This document shows positions 1 through 10,676 of a stretch of 64,000 nt of DNA, one piece after another (the first letter of the stretch is position 1; the number at the start of each line of letters is the position of its first letter). The DNA is taken from the NCBI GenBank assembly GCA_036269135.1, contig DATASQ010000050.1:28734-92733 (forward strand). Reading direction: 5' to 3'. The position numbers were made by a program, and so were the translations under genes. The notes under the pieces are model-generated. The model searched no databases and was not told where the DNA came from. It was given only the letters and a program-made list of their open reading frames with translations. This DNA is from Acidobacteriaceae bacterium. GTDB lineage: Bacteria; Acidobacteriota; Terriglobia; Terriglobales; Acidobacteriaceae.

Positions 1-35
1 CGAACGGATTCACGGGAATCGCTGAGTGCCATGGT

Positions 36-1262
36 TCAGAGCTCCGCCCGCAGGGCCACGATGGGATCGAGGCGAGCCGCCCGGCGGGCCGGGTAGACGC
101 CGAAGAAAATGCCGACGGAGAGGGCCACAAACAGGCCCAGGAACACCGCCCACAGGGGAACCGCCGAGGGGAAACTGACGGCGAAGGTAACGATCTTGGC
201 TATAGAAATGCCGACGATGATTCCAAAGAAGCCCCCCAGCAGCGCCATCGCCGCGGACTCAATCAGGAACTGGAGCATGACATCCTGCTGGCGCGCGCCC
301 AGGGCCTTGCGAATGCCGATTTCGCGGGTGCGCTCGCTGACCGAGACCAGCATGATGTTCATGATGACCACGCCGCCGACCACCAGCGAGATGGAGGCGA
401 TGCCCAGGATGACCGCGGCAAACATGCCGGTAATCTGATTGAAGAGCCCGATAAACGTCTCGTTGGTCAGAATCGCGAAGTCGTCTTCTTCGCCGGGCCG
501 ATCGTGCCGGCGCGCCCGCATCAGGGCGCGGACCTCATCGATGAGGTTATCCAGCGCACCCGGCGCCAGGCCCGCCTTGGCAGAGATATCGAGGCTGTCA
601 TGCTCGCCATGAGTGTGCAGATAAGTGCTCAGCGGCATGTCGACGTAGTTGTCTTCGCTCTGGCCGAAGACCGCGCCTTTGCGCTCACCCACGCCGATGA
701 TGGTGTACACCTCACCGTCGACGCGCAGTTCCTGGCCGATGGGGTTTTCGTTCGGCAGCAGGTTATCGACGATGTCGTAACCGACGATCACATTATGGGC
801 GCCGGTTTCTTCGTCCATGGGCGTGAGTTCGCGGCCCTCAACGATATTCAGATTCTCGATATCCACCATATTGGGGGTCCAGCCATTGATGGTGGTGTTG
901 GTCGTGGACTGCTTGCCATTGACCACGGTGCCGGAGGTAGAGAGCTCCGCGCCGATCGTCAGACAGCGCGTACAGGTTCGCTGCAGGTACTGGAAATCCT
1001 CGTAGGTGATGTTCTTGCGCTTGTTTTCTTTCAGATATTCTTCGCCGGTAAAGATGACGGGATTGATGCGCTGGAGGGTCATCACATCCGATCCCTGATT
1101 GGCGATTTTCTTCACCACGAACATCTTGGCGCCGTTGCCCAGGGTGATGACCGCAATGAGCGAAGCGACGCTGATCACGACGCCGATGGTCGTGAGGATG
1201 GTGCGCATTTTGTTCGCCCAGAGCGACTGGAGCGCCACTTTAAACGCTTCGCTGAAAAGCAT
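36..1262 (-). CDS. ABC transporter permease, MacB/FtsX family
   Basis: 408-aa ORF. N-terminal TM helix 'ANKMRTILTTIGVVISVASLIAV', a long periplasmic loop, and a C-terminal FtsX bundle with 'TREIGIRKALGA'. Another minus-strand ORF starts 3 nt downstream (ATG at 32) and leaves the window. Confidence 0.85.
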   Translation of the reverse strand: MLFSEAFKVALQSLWANKMRTILTTIGVVISVASLIAVITLGNGAKMFVVKKIANQGSDVMTLQRINPVIFTGEEYLKENKRKNITYEDFQYLQRTCTRCLTIGAELSTSGTVVNGKQSTTNTTINGWTPNMVDIENLNIVEGRELTPMDEETGAHNVIVGYDIVDNLLPNENPIGQELRVDGEVYTIIGVGERKGAVFGQSEDNYVDMPLSTYLHTHGEHDSLDISAKAGLAPGALDNLIDEVRALMRARRHDRPGEEDDFAILTNETFIGLFNQITGMFAAVILGIASISLVVGGVVIMNIMLVSVSERTREIGIRKALGARQQDVMLQFLIESAAMALLGGFFGIIVGISIAKIVTFAVSFPSAVPLWAVFLGLFVALSVGIFFGVYPARRAARLDPIVALRAEL

Positions 1263-1374
1263 CGATGCTTCCGTTCATCCTCGAAGGCAGGACGGGGAAA
1301 AGCTCGGTCCTGGGAATCCTCGCTTTAGTGTACGCAGAAACACCGGCCGGGGTTCCCCGTTCCTCGCCCGATAC

Positions 1375-2361
1375 TCAGCCGAGAGACCGGGAAGCAGAGG
1401 CTGCCCCGTAATGCTCCCGATACCAGGCAACCGTGCGGCGCAGGCCCTCTTCGAAGCCGACTTGCGGGTCGTAACCGAAGGCTTCGCGGGCTGCGGAGAT
1501 GTCGGCCAGCGAGTTCTGAATGTCCCCCGTGCGCGGCGGGCCGAAGAGGGGCGGCTCTTTAAAGTCGAGAAGGTCGGCGAGGATGCGGTAGGTCTCGTTG
1601 AGGGTATGGCGCTCGCCGCAGGCAACGTTGAAGACGCGGCCGGCGACCTGCTCGGCCGGGGCTTCGGCGGCGCGGAGATTGGCGGAGACGGCGTTCTCGA
1701 TGTAGTTGAAATCGCGGCCCTGCTCTCCGTCCCCGTTGATGGTGGGGCGCTCGCCGCGCATCATCTGCAGGGTGAATTTGGCCATGACGCCGCTGTAGGG
1801 CGAGTCCGGCACCTGGCGCGGGCCGAAGATGTTGAAGTACCGCAGGCAGACGGTTTCGATGCCGTACACCTGCCAATAGCTCTTCATGTAGAACTCCCCC
1901 GCGAGCTTCTGCACCGGGTAGGGCGCAATGGGCATGGGCATCATGGATTCGCGGCGGGGAAATCCGGGCTGGTTGCCATAGGCGGAAGAGGAAGCCGCGT
2001 ACAGGATGCGGCGAACGCCGGCGGCGCGGGCGCCCTCCAGCAGATTGAAAGTGCCGTCAAGGTTGGCGGTGTGGCTGGTGCGGGGATCCTGGACCGAGCG
2101 TGGCACCGAAGGCCGGGCGGCCTGGTGGAAGATGGTGTCGATGCCCGCGCAGGCCCGGGCGGTGGCCTCGGCGTCGCGCAGGTCGCCTTCGACGAACTCC
2201 AGACGCGCGGCGCCGGAGCGGTCCAGCAACGGGGCCAGGTTCTCGCGCTGGCCGGTTTCGAGATTATCCAGGCCTCGTACACCCGCGCCGCGGTCCAGGA
2301 GGGTCTGAGTGATCCACGACCCAATAAAACCGGCACAGCCGGTGACCAGATATTTTGGCAT
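1375..2361 (-). CDS. NAD-dependent sugar-nucleotide epimerase/dehydratase (extended SDR, WbpP/TviC-like)
   Basis: 328 aa. Rossmann motif 'VTGCAGFIGS', plus 'AASSSAYG' and 'PYPVQK' (Ser...YxxxK catalytic residues). Confidence 0.85.
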   Translation of the reverse strand: MPKYLVTGCAGFIGSWITQTLLDRGAGVRGLDNLETGQRENLAPLLDRSGAARLEFVEGDLRDAEATARACAGIDTIFHQAARPSVPRSVQDPRTSHTANLDGTFNLLEGARAAGVRRILYAASSSAYGNQPGFPRRESMMPMPIAPYPVQKLAGEFYMKSYWQVYGIETVCLRYFNIFGPRQVPDSPYSGVMAKFTLQMMRGERPTINGDGEQGRDFNYIENAVSANLRAAEAPAEQVAGRVFNVACGERHTLNETYRILADLLDFKEPPLFGPPRTGDIQNSLADISAAREAFGYDPQVGFEEGLRRTVAWYREHYGAASASRSLG

Positions 2362-2390
2362 CGAACCTCATCGTAACGGATGGGACGGTC

Positions 2391-3365
2391 ATGCATACTA
2401 AGCAAAACATGGAGACGGTCACCCCTTTTCGCCTCGCTCCGTACTTTCGCACCCGCCCCTGGGGCTTTCAGGATCTCGCGCCCTGGTATGACTACCGCAC
2501 CGACGGGGAGCCGATTGGCGAGGTGTGGCTGACCGGGGAGATGTGCACGGCCGACACCGGGCCTCTCGCCGGCCTGAGTCTTGCGGAGATCACGCGTCTG
2601 CATGGGAGCGCGCTGCTGGGAACCGGGATCCAGGAGAAGGATTTCCCGATGCTGGTGAAGCTCCTGTTTCCGAAGGCAAAGCTGAGCGTGCAGGTGCACC
2701 CCGACGACGGTCTGGCGCAGCAGTACGGCGAGCCTCGAGGCAAAACCGAGTGCTGGTACGCGCTCGACGCCCGGCCAGGCGCGCAGGTGGCGCTGGGGAT
2801 TCGGCCGGGCGTGACCGTGGACGAGGTGAAGGGGGCGATCCAGGATGCCTCACTTGAGTCGCTGCTGGAGATGGTTCCCGTGCAGAAGGGCGACATGATT
2901 TTTGTGGCCGCGGGCACGGTGCACGCGATGGGACCCGGCGTCGTGATCCTGGAGACACAGCAGACCAGCGACCTGACCTATCGGATGTACGACTACGGGA
3001 GCGCCCGCGAGCTGCACCTGGACAAATCGCTCGCGGCGATGCGGCTGAAGACGACGGCCGGCAAGGTGCCGCCGCGCACCGTGGATGGGCACACCCTGCT
3101 GATCGACGAACGCTATTTCCGGATCGAGCGATGGCCAATTCGGCCGGGAACCGCGCCTGCCTTGTTGAGCCCTGAGCCGGTGGTGCAGATGCTGTTTGTG
3201 GCGGAGGGGCGGATTCGGATTTCCGGGGAGGGATTCACGCCCTTTGCCGTGGAGCGCAACCGGATTGCGGTGATTCCCGCATCGGCCGGGCGGTGGTCGC
3301 TCATGAGCGAAGATGTGACTGAGGTCATCCGACTCCTCCCGAACGACGAGCCAACCCAGGGGTAA
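2391..3365 (+). CDS. manA: Mannose-6-phosphate isomerase, type I (cupin)
   Basis: Motifs 'LSVQVHPDD', 'GKTECWYAL', 'GTVHAMGPG'. The ORF-track start at 2355 overlaps the divergent epimerase start, so an internal ATG (2391, or 2409 'METVTPF') is more likely. Start uncertain. Confidence 0.8.
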   Translation: MHTKQNMETVTPFRLAPYFRTRPWGFQDLAPWYDYRTDGEPIGEVWLTGEMCTADTGPLAGLSLAEITRLHGSALLGTGIQEKDFPMLVKLLFPKAKLSVQVHPDDGLAQQYGEPRGKTECWYALDARPGAQVALGIRPGVTVDEVKGAIQDASLESLLEMVPVQKGDMIFVAAGTVHAMGPGVVILETQQTSDLTYRMYDYGSARELHLDKSLAAMRLKTTAGKVPPRTVDGHTLLIDERYFRIERWPIRPGTAPALLSPEPVVQMLFVAEGRIRISGEGFTPFAVERNRIAVIPASAGRWSLMSEDVTEVIRLLPNDEPTQG

Positions 3366-3404
3366 GATGAACGTTTGGCTTCTCCGAGGCATCCATAAGA
3401 AACC

Positions 3405-4577
3405 ATGGCCGTAACGATTGATTTTCGCCCGGTGATCCTGGCCGGCGGCAGTGGGACCCGGTTCTGGCCGCGGAGCCGGAAGGCGCGGGCGAAGCAGATT
3501 CTGGCGCTGCAGGGCGAGCGGACGATGATTCAGCGGACGCTGGATCGGCTGACCGCTCCGGATCCGCTCACGGCTCCCGATGGCCCGATCGGAGCGGAGC
3601 GGCTGGAGCCTCTGGCGCAGGCCGACGACGTTTGGGTGATCACGAACGATCTGCTCTCAAGTGTGATTTGCAGCCAGCTGGACTGCGTGCCGGAGAAACA
3701 GGTGGTGTGCGAACCCGCGGCGCGCAACACGGCGCCTGCGGCCGGCCTGGCGGCGTTCCTGATCGAGCGGCTCTATCCGGAGGCGGTGATCGGGATCTTC
3801 CCTGCCGATCACGTCATCACGAATGAGGCGGCCTTTGTTGCGACGATCCGTCGGGCGATCGTGCTGGCGGCCGCAGGCGACAACATCGTGGTGCTCGGCA
3901 TCGCACCAACCCGGCCCGAGATCGGCTACGGCTATATCGAAACCGGGTCCGAACTGGAACCAGGCGTCCTGCGGGTGCGGCGGTTTACGGAAAAGCCGAA
4001 TCGGCTCCGCGCCGAGGAGTTCCTCGCCGCCGGCAATTATTTTTGGAACAGCGGCATGTTCGTGTGGAGCGCGAAGACGCTGGCCAACGCCGTGCGGCAG
4101 CATTTGCCGGAGACCGCTCCCCTGCTTGAAGAGATTGCCGCCGCCTGGGATACGCCGGATTTCGAACGCGTCTTCAGCGAGCTCTACCCGCAATGCGAAA
4201 ACATCAGCGTGGATTACGCGATTCTCGAGCCACGTTCCGCCAAGGGCGAGCATCACTCCAATCTTTATTGTCTGCCGGCGGCGCACTTCGGCTGGAGCGA
4301 TCTGGGATCCTGGACGGCGCTGCACGAATACCAGGTGGAGCAGAAGGCGGCCGATGCCGCGGAGAATGTCGTCCAGGGGTCCGGAACCGCAGTGGTGATT
4401 AACGCAAAAGGCAATTACGTCTATAGCCCGGACAAGAGGGTCGCCCTGGTCGGCGTGGACGATCTGGTTGTGGTGGAAACCGACGACGCGCTGCTGATTA
4501 CCACCCGGCAGCATGCGCAGGATGTGGGCAAGGTGGTGAAAGAGCTGCAGGCGCGCGGAGACGAGAAACTCATCTGA
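3405..4577 (+). CDS. manC: Mannose-1-phosphate guanylyltransferase (short form, no C-terminal PMI domain)
   Basis: 'ILAGGSGTRFWPRSR', 'GYGYIE', 'FTEKP', 'WNSGMFVW', typical of the ManC/CpsB nucleotidyltransferase domain. Confidence 0.85.
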   Translation: MAVTIDFRPVILAGGSGTRFWPRSRKARAKQILALQGERTMIQRTLDRLTAPDPLTAPDGPIGAERLEPLAQADDVWVITNDLLSSVICSQLDCVPEKQVVCEPAARNTAPAAGLAAFLIERLYPEAVIGIFPADHVITNEAAFVATIRRAIVLAAAGDNIVVLGIAPTRPEIGYGYIETGSELEPGVLRVRRFTEKPNRLRAEEFLAAGNYFWNSGMFVWSAKTLANAVRQHLPETAPLLEEIAAAWDTPDFERVFSELYPQCENISVDYAILEPRSAKGEHHSNLYCLPAAHFGWSDLGSWTALHEYQVEQKAADAAENVVQGSGTAVVINAKGNYVYSPDKRVALVGVDDLVVVETDDALLITTRQHAQDVGKVVKELQARGDEKLI

Positions 4578-6010
4578 TGGCTCAACAATCCCCGGTGAAA
4601 TTTGGCACAGACGGCTGGCGCGGCATCATCGCCGATGACTTTACGTTTGAGAATGTGCGCGCGGCGGCAGGCGCGATCGCCAGTTATGTCCTCGAGAACG
4701 AGGACCCGAAGAAGGGCGTGTGCGTTGCGTATGACACGCGCTTCGGGTCGCCGGCCTTTGCCGCTGCGACGGCGGAGGTCCTGGCGAGCGCGGGCATCCC
4801 GGTGCAGCTGGCCGATCGCATCACACCGACGCCGGCGTTGTCGTATGCGGTGAAACATCGCGGAGCCGCCGGCGGGGTGATGATCACATCGAGCCACAAT
4901 CCCGCGCAGTGGAACGGGGTGAAGTACAAGGCGAGCTACGGCGGCTCGGGGAGCCCGGGCATCATGGCGGAGATCGAGAGCCGTCTGGGGCGGCCGCTGC
5001 CCACGGGTTCCCCTGCGAAGATCGAGAAGGTCAACTTCGTACCGCCGTATGTGGACGCCATTCAGGCGTTCGTCGATCTGGATTTGATCGCGCGGTCGGG
5101 CTTTCGCTTTGCCATCGACTGCATGTATGGGGCGGGCGCGAACATTGTCGCGGGAATCTTCGACAGGATTGGCGTGAAGTACGTGCAGATTCGCGCCAAT
5201 CCCGATCCGCTCTTCCCAGGGATCAATCCCGAGCCCATTGAGCCGCATGTTCGGGCCTGCCAGGAGATTGTCGTCGAACAGAAGTGCGACGCGGGGCTGA
5301 TCACCGACGGCGATGCGGACCGGATTGGGGCGGCAGATGAAAACGGCAACTTCGTCGATCCGCACAAAATTTATTCGGTGCTGCTGCAGTGGATTCTGGA
5401 GCGCAAGCAGTGGCCGGGCGACGTGACCCGGGCGTTCAACACCACATCCATGCTGGACCGCATCGCGGCACGGTACGGGCGGCGGCTGCACGAGCATGGG
5501 ATCGGCTTTAAGTTCGTCTGCGACCTGATGCTGACCGAGGACATTCTGATCGGCGGCGAGGAGTCGGGCGGGATCGGGATCCAGCGGCATTTGCCGGAGC
5601 GCGACGGGCTGCTGAATTCCCTGCTGCTGGCCAACGTGATGGCCGAAGAAAAGAAGACGCTCGGCCAGCTGGTGGCGCGTCTGCAGCAGGAGTATGGCGA
5701 GCACCACTACGGGCGCATCGACCTCCATATTCCTGACGCGCAGAAGAACGCGACCATCGCCCGCGCGCGGGCCGGCGTCGCCGAGCTGGCGGGGATGAAG
5801 GTGGAGAAAGTCGAGACGCTGGACGGTATCAAATTGTGGCTCGACAACCCTGAAGCAAAGACAAAACCGAACACCGCGAAAACCTGGCTGTTGTTGCGGG
5901 CGTCGGGGACCGAGCCGCTGCTGCGGATTTATTCAGAGTCGTGCTCGAAGGAGAGCGTGAAGAAGCTGCTGGAGGCGGCGCGCACCTTCGCCCTGACAAG
6001 CGGTCACTAG
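4577..6010 (+). CDS. Phosphomannomutase/phosphoglucomutase (alpha-D-phosphohexomutase)
   Basis: Phosphoserine loop 'TSSHNPAQWNG', Mg site 'DGDADR', sugar loop 'GEESGG'. The ATG overlaps the manC stop (TGATG). Confidence 0.9.
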   Translation: MAQQSPVKFGTDGWRGIIADDFTFENVRAAAGAIASYVLENEDPKKGVCVAYDTRFGSPAFAAATAEVLASAGIPVQLADRITPTPALSYAVKHRGAAGGVMITSSHNPAQWNGVKYKASYGGSGSPGIMAEIESRLGRPLPTGSPAKIEKVNFVPPYVDAIQAFVDLDLIARSGFRFAIDCMYGAGANIVAGIFDRIGVKYVQIRANPDPLFPGINPEPIEPHVRACQEIVVEQKCDAGLITDGDADRIGAADENGNFVDPHKIYSVLLQWILERKQWPGDVTRAFNTTSMLDRIAARYGRRLHEHGIGFKFVCDLMLTEDILIGGEESGGIGIQRHLPERDGLLNSLLLANVMAEEKKTLGQLVARLQQEYGEHHYGRIDLHIPDAQKNATIARARAGVAELAGMKVEKVETLDGIKLWLDNPEAKTKPNTAKTWLLLRASGTEPLLRIYSESCSKESVKKLLEAARTFALTSGH

Positions 6011-6016
6011 CCCAGG

Positions 6017-6505
6017 CTATTTTCCTTTTTCCGTCCCCGGCAACAGCCGCGGATCGTATTCTGCGCGGATCGTCTTCACGATGCGCACCTGCTTTGCATC
6101 ACGGTGCTCCGGATTCAGCAGGACGTTCCAGGTTTCAGGAAGGATGACTGACGGAACACGCGCCAGCGCCGAACGCCGAGCGCGCAGCCATTCGTCACCG
6201 AGCGTGCGAGTGGCGGTCAGGGACCTTTTCCATGTTTTCGCCGGGGTGGGCTTCAGGATTTCGAGACTGACGCTGTCCGGAACCTCCACCTGAATCAGCT
6301 GGTAGGCCTGGGGCCAGTCGGTCTCGTCGAGCTCGAGATGGACGAGCGCCTCGATCATGGCGCCCGCGGGCGACTCTGCCAGATACACGATACGGTGACC
6401 GGCCGTGTGCCACCGTGCCGAATACAACAGGCCGCCCTCGCCGGCGAGGCTGGGATGATTGCTGATCCTCCAGAGCAAGGGCATCACGGCAACGACATCA
6501 GGCAA
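6017..6505 (-). CDS. RES-domain toxin (MbcT/Res family)
   Basis: 162 aa; 'YSARWHTAGHRIVYLAESPAGAMIEALVHLE' is a typical RES core. The TTG at 6505 overlaps the antitoxin stop by 8 nt; alternative ATG at 6484. Confidence 0.85.
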   Translation of the reverse strand: MPDVVAVMPLLWRISNHPSLAGEGGLLYSARWHTAGHRIVYLAESPAGAMIEALVHLELDETDWPQAYQLIQVEVPDSVSLEILKPTPAKTWKRSLTATRTLGDEWLRARRSALARVPSVILPETWNVLLNPEHRDAKQVRIVKTIRAEYDPRLLPGTEKGK

Positions 6506-6935
6506 ACATGCCGTGATCGAGCTGGCCGAGCATCTCCTCGACCATGCGGGCGCCGAATTCGGTGCGCAGCATCTGCAGCGGGCTGCGGCCCGTGAATCGA
6601 CGCAGAGGCTTGCGCAGCCAGTGGAGCGCTTTTTCCTTCTCGCCCAGGACCCGAACCGCCTGATCGTAAATGCGGATCAGCCGCGCCAGCTTATCGGATT
6701 CGTCCCGGTTCAGCGACTCCCTGCGGGCGCGGCGGTGCTTCAGGGTTCGAGCCGGGATGACAATGTCGTACATCTCGTTGAGCTGCAGTTCCGAACTCGC
6801 AACAAAGCTGGCCATGGTATCGACGGAGACACCGGCTTCCACCGTGTCCAGGTCCAGGTGCAGTGCCGCCATCAGGGGAGGCCGGGCCGCCGCAGCGCTT
6901 TCCATAAGGCCATTATGCCATGTAACAGGCGGCAT
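6498..6935 (-). CDS. Xre-like antitoxin with DUF2384 (MbcA/ParS) toxin-binding domain
   Basis: 145 aa. C-terminal 'GRSPLQMLRTEFGARMVEEMLGQLDHGMFA' is characteristic of DUF2384 antitoxins. Lies directly upstream of, and overlaps, the RES gene. Confidence 0.85.
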   Translation of the reverse strand: MPPVTWHNGLMESAAAARPPLMAALHLDLDTVEAGVSVDTMASFVASSELQLNEMYDIVIPARTLKHRRARRESLNRDESDKLARLIRIYDQAVRVLGEKEKALHWLRKPLRRFTGRSPLQMLRTEFGARMVEEMLGQLDHGMFA

Positions 6936-7007
6936 TGTGTACTGCCGCGTTTTTTATCCTCTCCCCCAGGCGGCGTACCATGGTTCCGATCCCCTGCGGA
7001 GGTCCCC

Positions 7008-7388
7008 GTGGCGCAATCCGTCGCTGATTTTCCCTACGAAACTCGCCTGAATATCCTGCATGAGCCTCTGGAAGTCATCGATGAAAGGTCCATCGCGGAC
7101 ACCTGCACGCACAAATGGTTCAACCAGACGCTGTGCCAGGTCAACAGCAGCGTGGTGCGCATGGCGGTGATTGAAGGCGAGTACCACTGGCACCAGCACA
7201 CGGCGGACGACGAGTTTTTCTATGTCGTCGAGGGCCAGCTGATGATCGATCTGGAAGGCCGCACGGTGGAGCTGGCGCCTCGGCAGGGCTTCGTGGTGCC
7301 GCGCGGCACCCTGCATCGGACGCGCGCCCCGCACCGCACTGTGATCCTGATGGTGGAGAACGCCGGGATCGTCCCGACCGGCAACTGA
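7008..7388 (+). CDS. Small cupin-domain protein
   Basis: Cupin motifs '[20 protein letters not shown]' and '[10 protein letters not shown]'. GTG at 7008 is preceded by GGAGG (6998-7002). The 5' two-thirds of ORF 6459..7388 is antisense to the antitoxin and not credible. Confidence 0.7.
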   Translation: MAQSVADFPYETRLNILHEPLEVIDERSIADTCTHKWFNQTLCQVNSSVVRMAVIEGEYHWHQHTADDEFFYVVEGQLMIDLEGRTVELAPRQGFVVPRGTLHRTRAPHRTVILMVENAGIVPTGN

Positions 7389-7491
7389 GATTGAGGTTAC
7401 AGGTGGCAGGCTACGGGTTACAGGTTATCGGTGCGACGCCGATCCTCCGATCGGAATCTCAAGAGACAGCAACGTTTTGTGGAGAGGTGTT

Positions 7492-9138
<1,647 letters not shown>

Positions 9139-9279
9139 AGGCCATTTAGAGTCCCCAGGGCCGTAACTTTTCATCTAAATTTGTGTTGGAACAGGCAGAA
9201 GTGAGTCGATTCGGGCGACACTGCGTCTGATCCTACGAGCGCAGAGGAAAGGGACCCGAAACGCGGGGGTTACGAAACC

Positions 9280-10482
9280 ATGAGTAGCTTTGGTCTGAAG
9301 TTGCGGATGGCCGGGACATGGGTCCTGGCGCTTGCCTTTGGCCTTGCGATGGTCGCCGGAAGCACAACAAAGGCCCAGACGACCGGCGGCAACGACAGCG
9401 GTCTGCAATCGGCGGTATCGAGCGCGCTGGCCCATGATCCTGTTTTGAAAAACCAGCCGGTCATCGCCGCCACTGCGAATGGCGTGGTGACGCTGAGCGG
9501 GACCGTGGAAACCGAGCAGCAGCGGCAGCAGGCGGAGACGGACGCTGCGAACGTGACCGGCGTGAGCGGCATCCAGAACAACATTACCGTGATCGGCCAG
9601 TCAGGCCAGAACGAAGCGGCGCAGCCGGCGCCGGCGCCTATCGATCAGCAGCAGCAGGACGCGCCGCCTCCGCCACCGGATCAGGCACAGCCGCCTGCAC
9701 AAAACCCGCAGTCCACACCGCCGCCTCCGCCTCCGGACCAGGAGAGCACCGGCCAGCCGGCGTACCCGCAGCAGCAGTCGGCGTATCCGCCGCAGCAGCC
9801 GGGCTACAACAACTATCCTCCGCCGCAGCCTCCCAGCGGACCGGTGACGATCCCGGCGGGCACGCTGCTGCAGATTCGCCTCAGCGAGCCGCTGGACGTG
9901 TCGAAGGTCCAGGATGGCACGGTTTTCCAGGCCACGGCGGCCAGCGACGTTTTCGAAGGGAACGTGCTGGCGATCCCGCGCGGCGCGGTGCTGCAGGGGA
10001 CCGTCGTTCACGCGAAGAAGCCCGGCGCCCTGGGCGGCAGCGGTGAACTGCAGCTGCAGATCACGCAGGTGAACCTGGGCGGCCACAGCTATCCGGTGAA
10101 AACGGATTTGTGGTCGAACAAGGGACCGAATAAGGCCGGCTACACGGCCGGCAATACGGTCGGCGGCGCGGTGATGGGCGCGATTATCGGCGGCCTCATC
10201 GGACGTGGACCGGGTGCCGCAGCGGGAGCGCTGGTAGGCGGCGGCGCGGGGATGGCGGCTTCGGCGGCCAGCAGTGGTCCGCGCATCTACCTGCCGGCGG
10301 AAGCGCTGGTGAACTTCCATCTCTCTGCCCCGGTCACCGTGCAGCCGGTGTCGTGGCAGGAAGCGCAGCAACTGGAGCGGAATGCCCCGCAGCTGGTGCG
10401 GCGACCGGTGTATCGCGGGTACCCGTACCCGTACCCCTACCCGTATCCGTATCGGGCTTACGGCTATCCCTACCCTTACTGA
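9280..10482 (+). CDS. Secreted BON-domain protein with Pro/Gln-rich linker, conserved beta-rich module, glycine-zipper segment and (PY)n tail
   Basis: Signal peptide 'AGTWVLALAFGLAMVAGSTTKA'. BON-like 'VIAATANGVVTLSGTVETEQQRQQAETDAANVTGVSGIQNNITV'. Gly-zipper 'GGAVMGAIIGGLIGRGPGAAAGALVGGGAGMAA'. Confidence 0.7.
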   Translation: MSSFGLKLRMAGTWVLALAFGLAMVAGSTTKAQTTGGNDSGLQSAVSSALAHDPVLKNQPVIAATANGVVTLSGTVETEQQRQQAETDAANVTGVSGIQNNITVIGQSGQNEAAQPAPAPIDQQQQDAPPPPPDQAQPPAQNPQSTPPPPPPDQESTGQPAYPQQQSAYPPQQPGYNNYPPPQPPSGPVTIPAGTLLQIRLSEPLDVSKVQDGTVFQATAASDVFEGNVLAIPRGAVLQGTVVHAKKPGALGGSGELQLQITQVNLGGHSYPVKTDLWSNKGPNKAGYTAGNTVGGAVMGAIIGGLIGRGPGAAAGALVGGGAGMAASAASSGPRIYLPAEALVNFHLSAPVTVQPVSWQEAQQLERNAPQLVRRPVYRGYPYPYPYPYPYRAYGYPYPY

Positions 10483-10503
10483 GGCCTTGGCTCTTTCAGG
10501 CGC

Positions 10504-10534
10504 AATAAGACCCGCTTTCGTGGCGGGTCTTATT
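10504..10534 (+). terminator. Rho-independent terminator candidate after the BON-protein gene
   Basis: Perfect 12-bp stem AATAAGACCCGC / GCGGGTCTTATT with 7-nt loop TTTCGTG, 21 nt after the stop codon. The 3' arm is U-rich, but there is no long T-run. Confidence 0.55.
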
Positions 10535-10676
10535 CGTGCCGACCCCTGTCAGTACCCGACTCAACCAGACCGGTTCCGGCTGGACACGGCTGATAATCTG
10601 GTGGCAGCCGTCACCCACGAGAGTGACCCCGCGCGCGGTACAGACTGTTCCCGGCCGAACGGCGGTCCCATCCCGT

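Noticed and set aside
1099-2376. 425-aa plus-strand ORF overlapping the epimerase gene
   Set aside because: It is antisense to a gene with clear SDR motifs. The product is Arg/Ala/Gly/Pro-rich with no motifs, the typical shadow ORF of GC-rich DNA.
4421-5728. 435-aa minus-strand ORF
   Set aside because: Antisense to the phosphohexomutase gene, whose active-site motifs are unambiguous. Low-complexity, Arg-rich product.
6459-7007. 5' part of the 309-aa plus-strand ORF 6459..7388
   Set aside because: This part is antisense to the Xre antitoxin. Only the 3' portion from GTG 7008, which has its own GGAGG RBS, encodes a recognisable cupin.
9145-9181. Inverted repeat ATTTAGA-N23-TCTAAAT in the AT-rich stretch upstream of the BON-protein gene
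   Set aside because: The arms are short (7 bp) and the spacer long. It may simply reflect an AT-rich promoter region. No further support.
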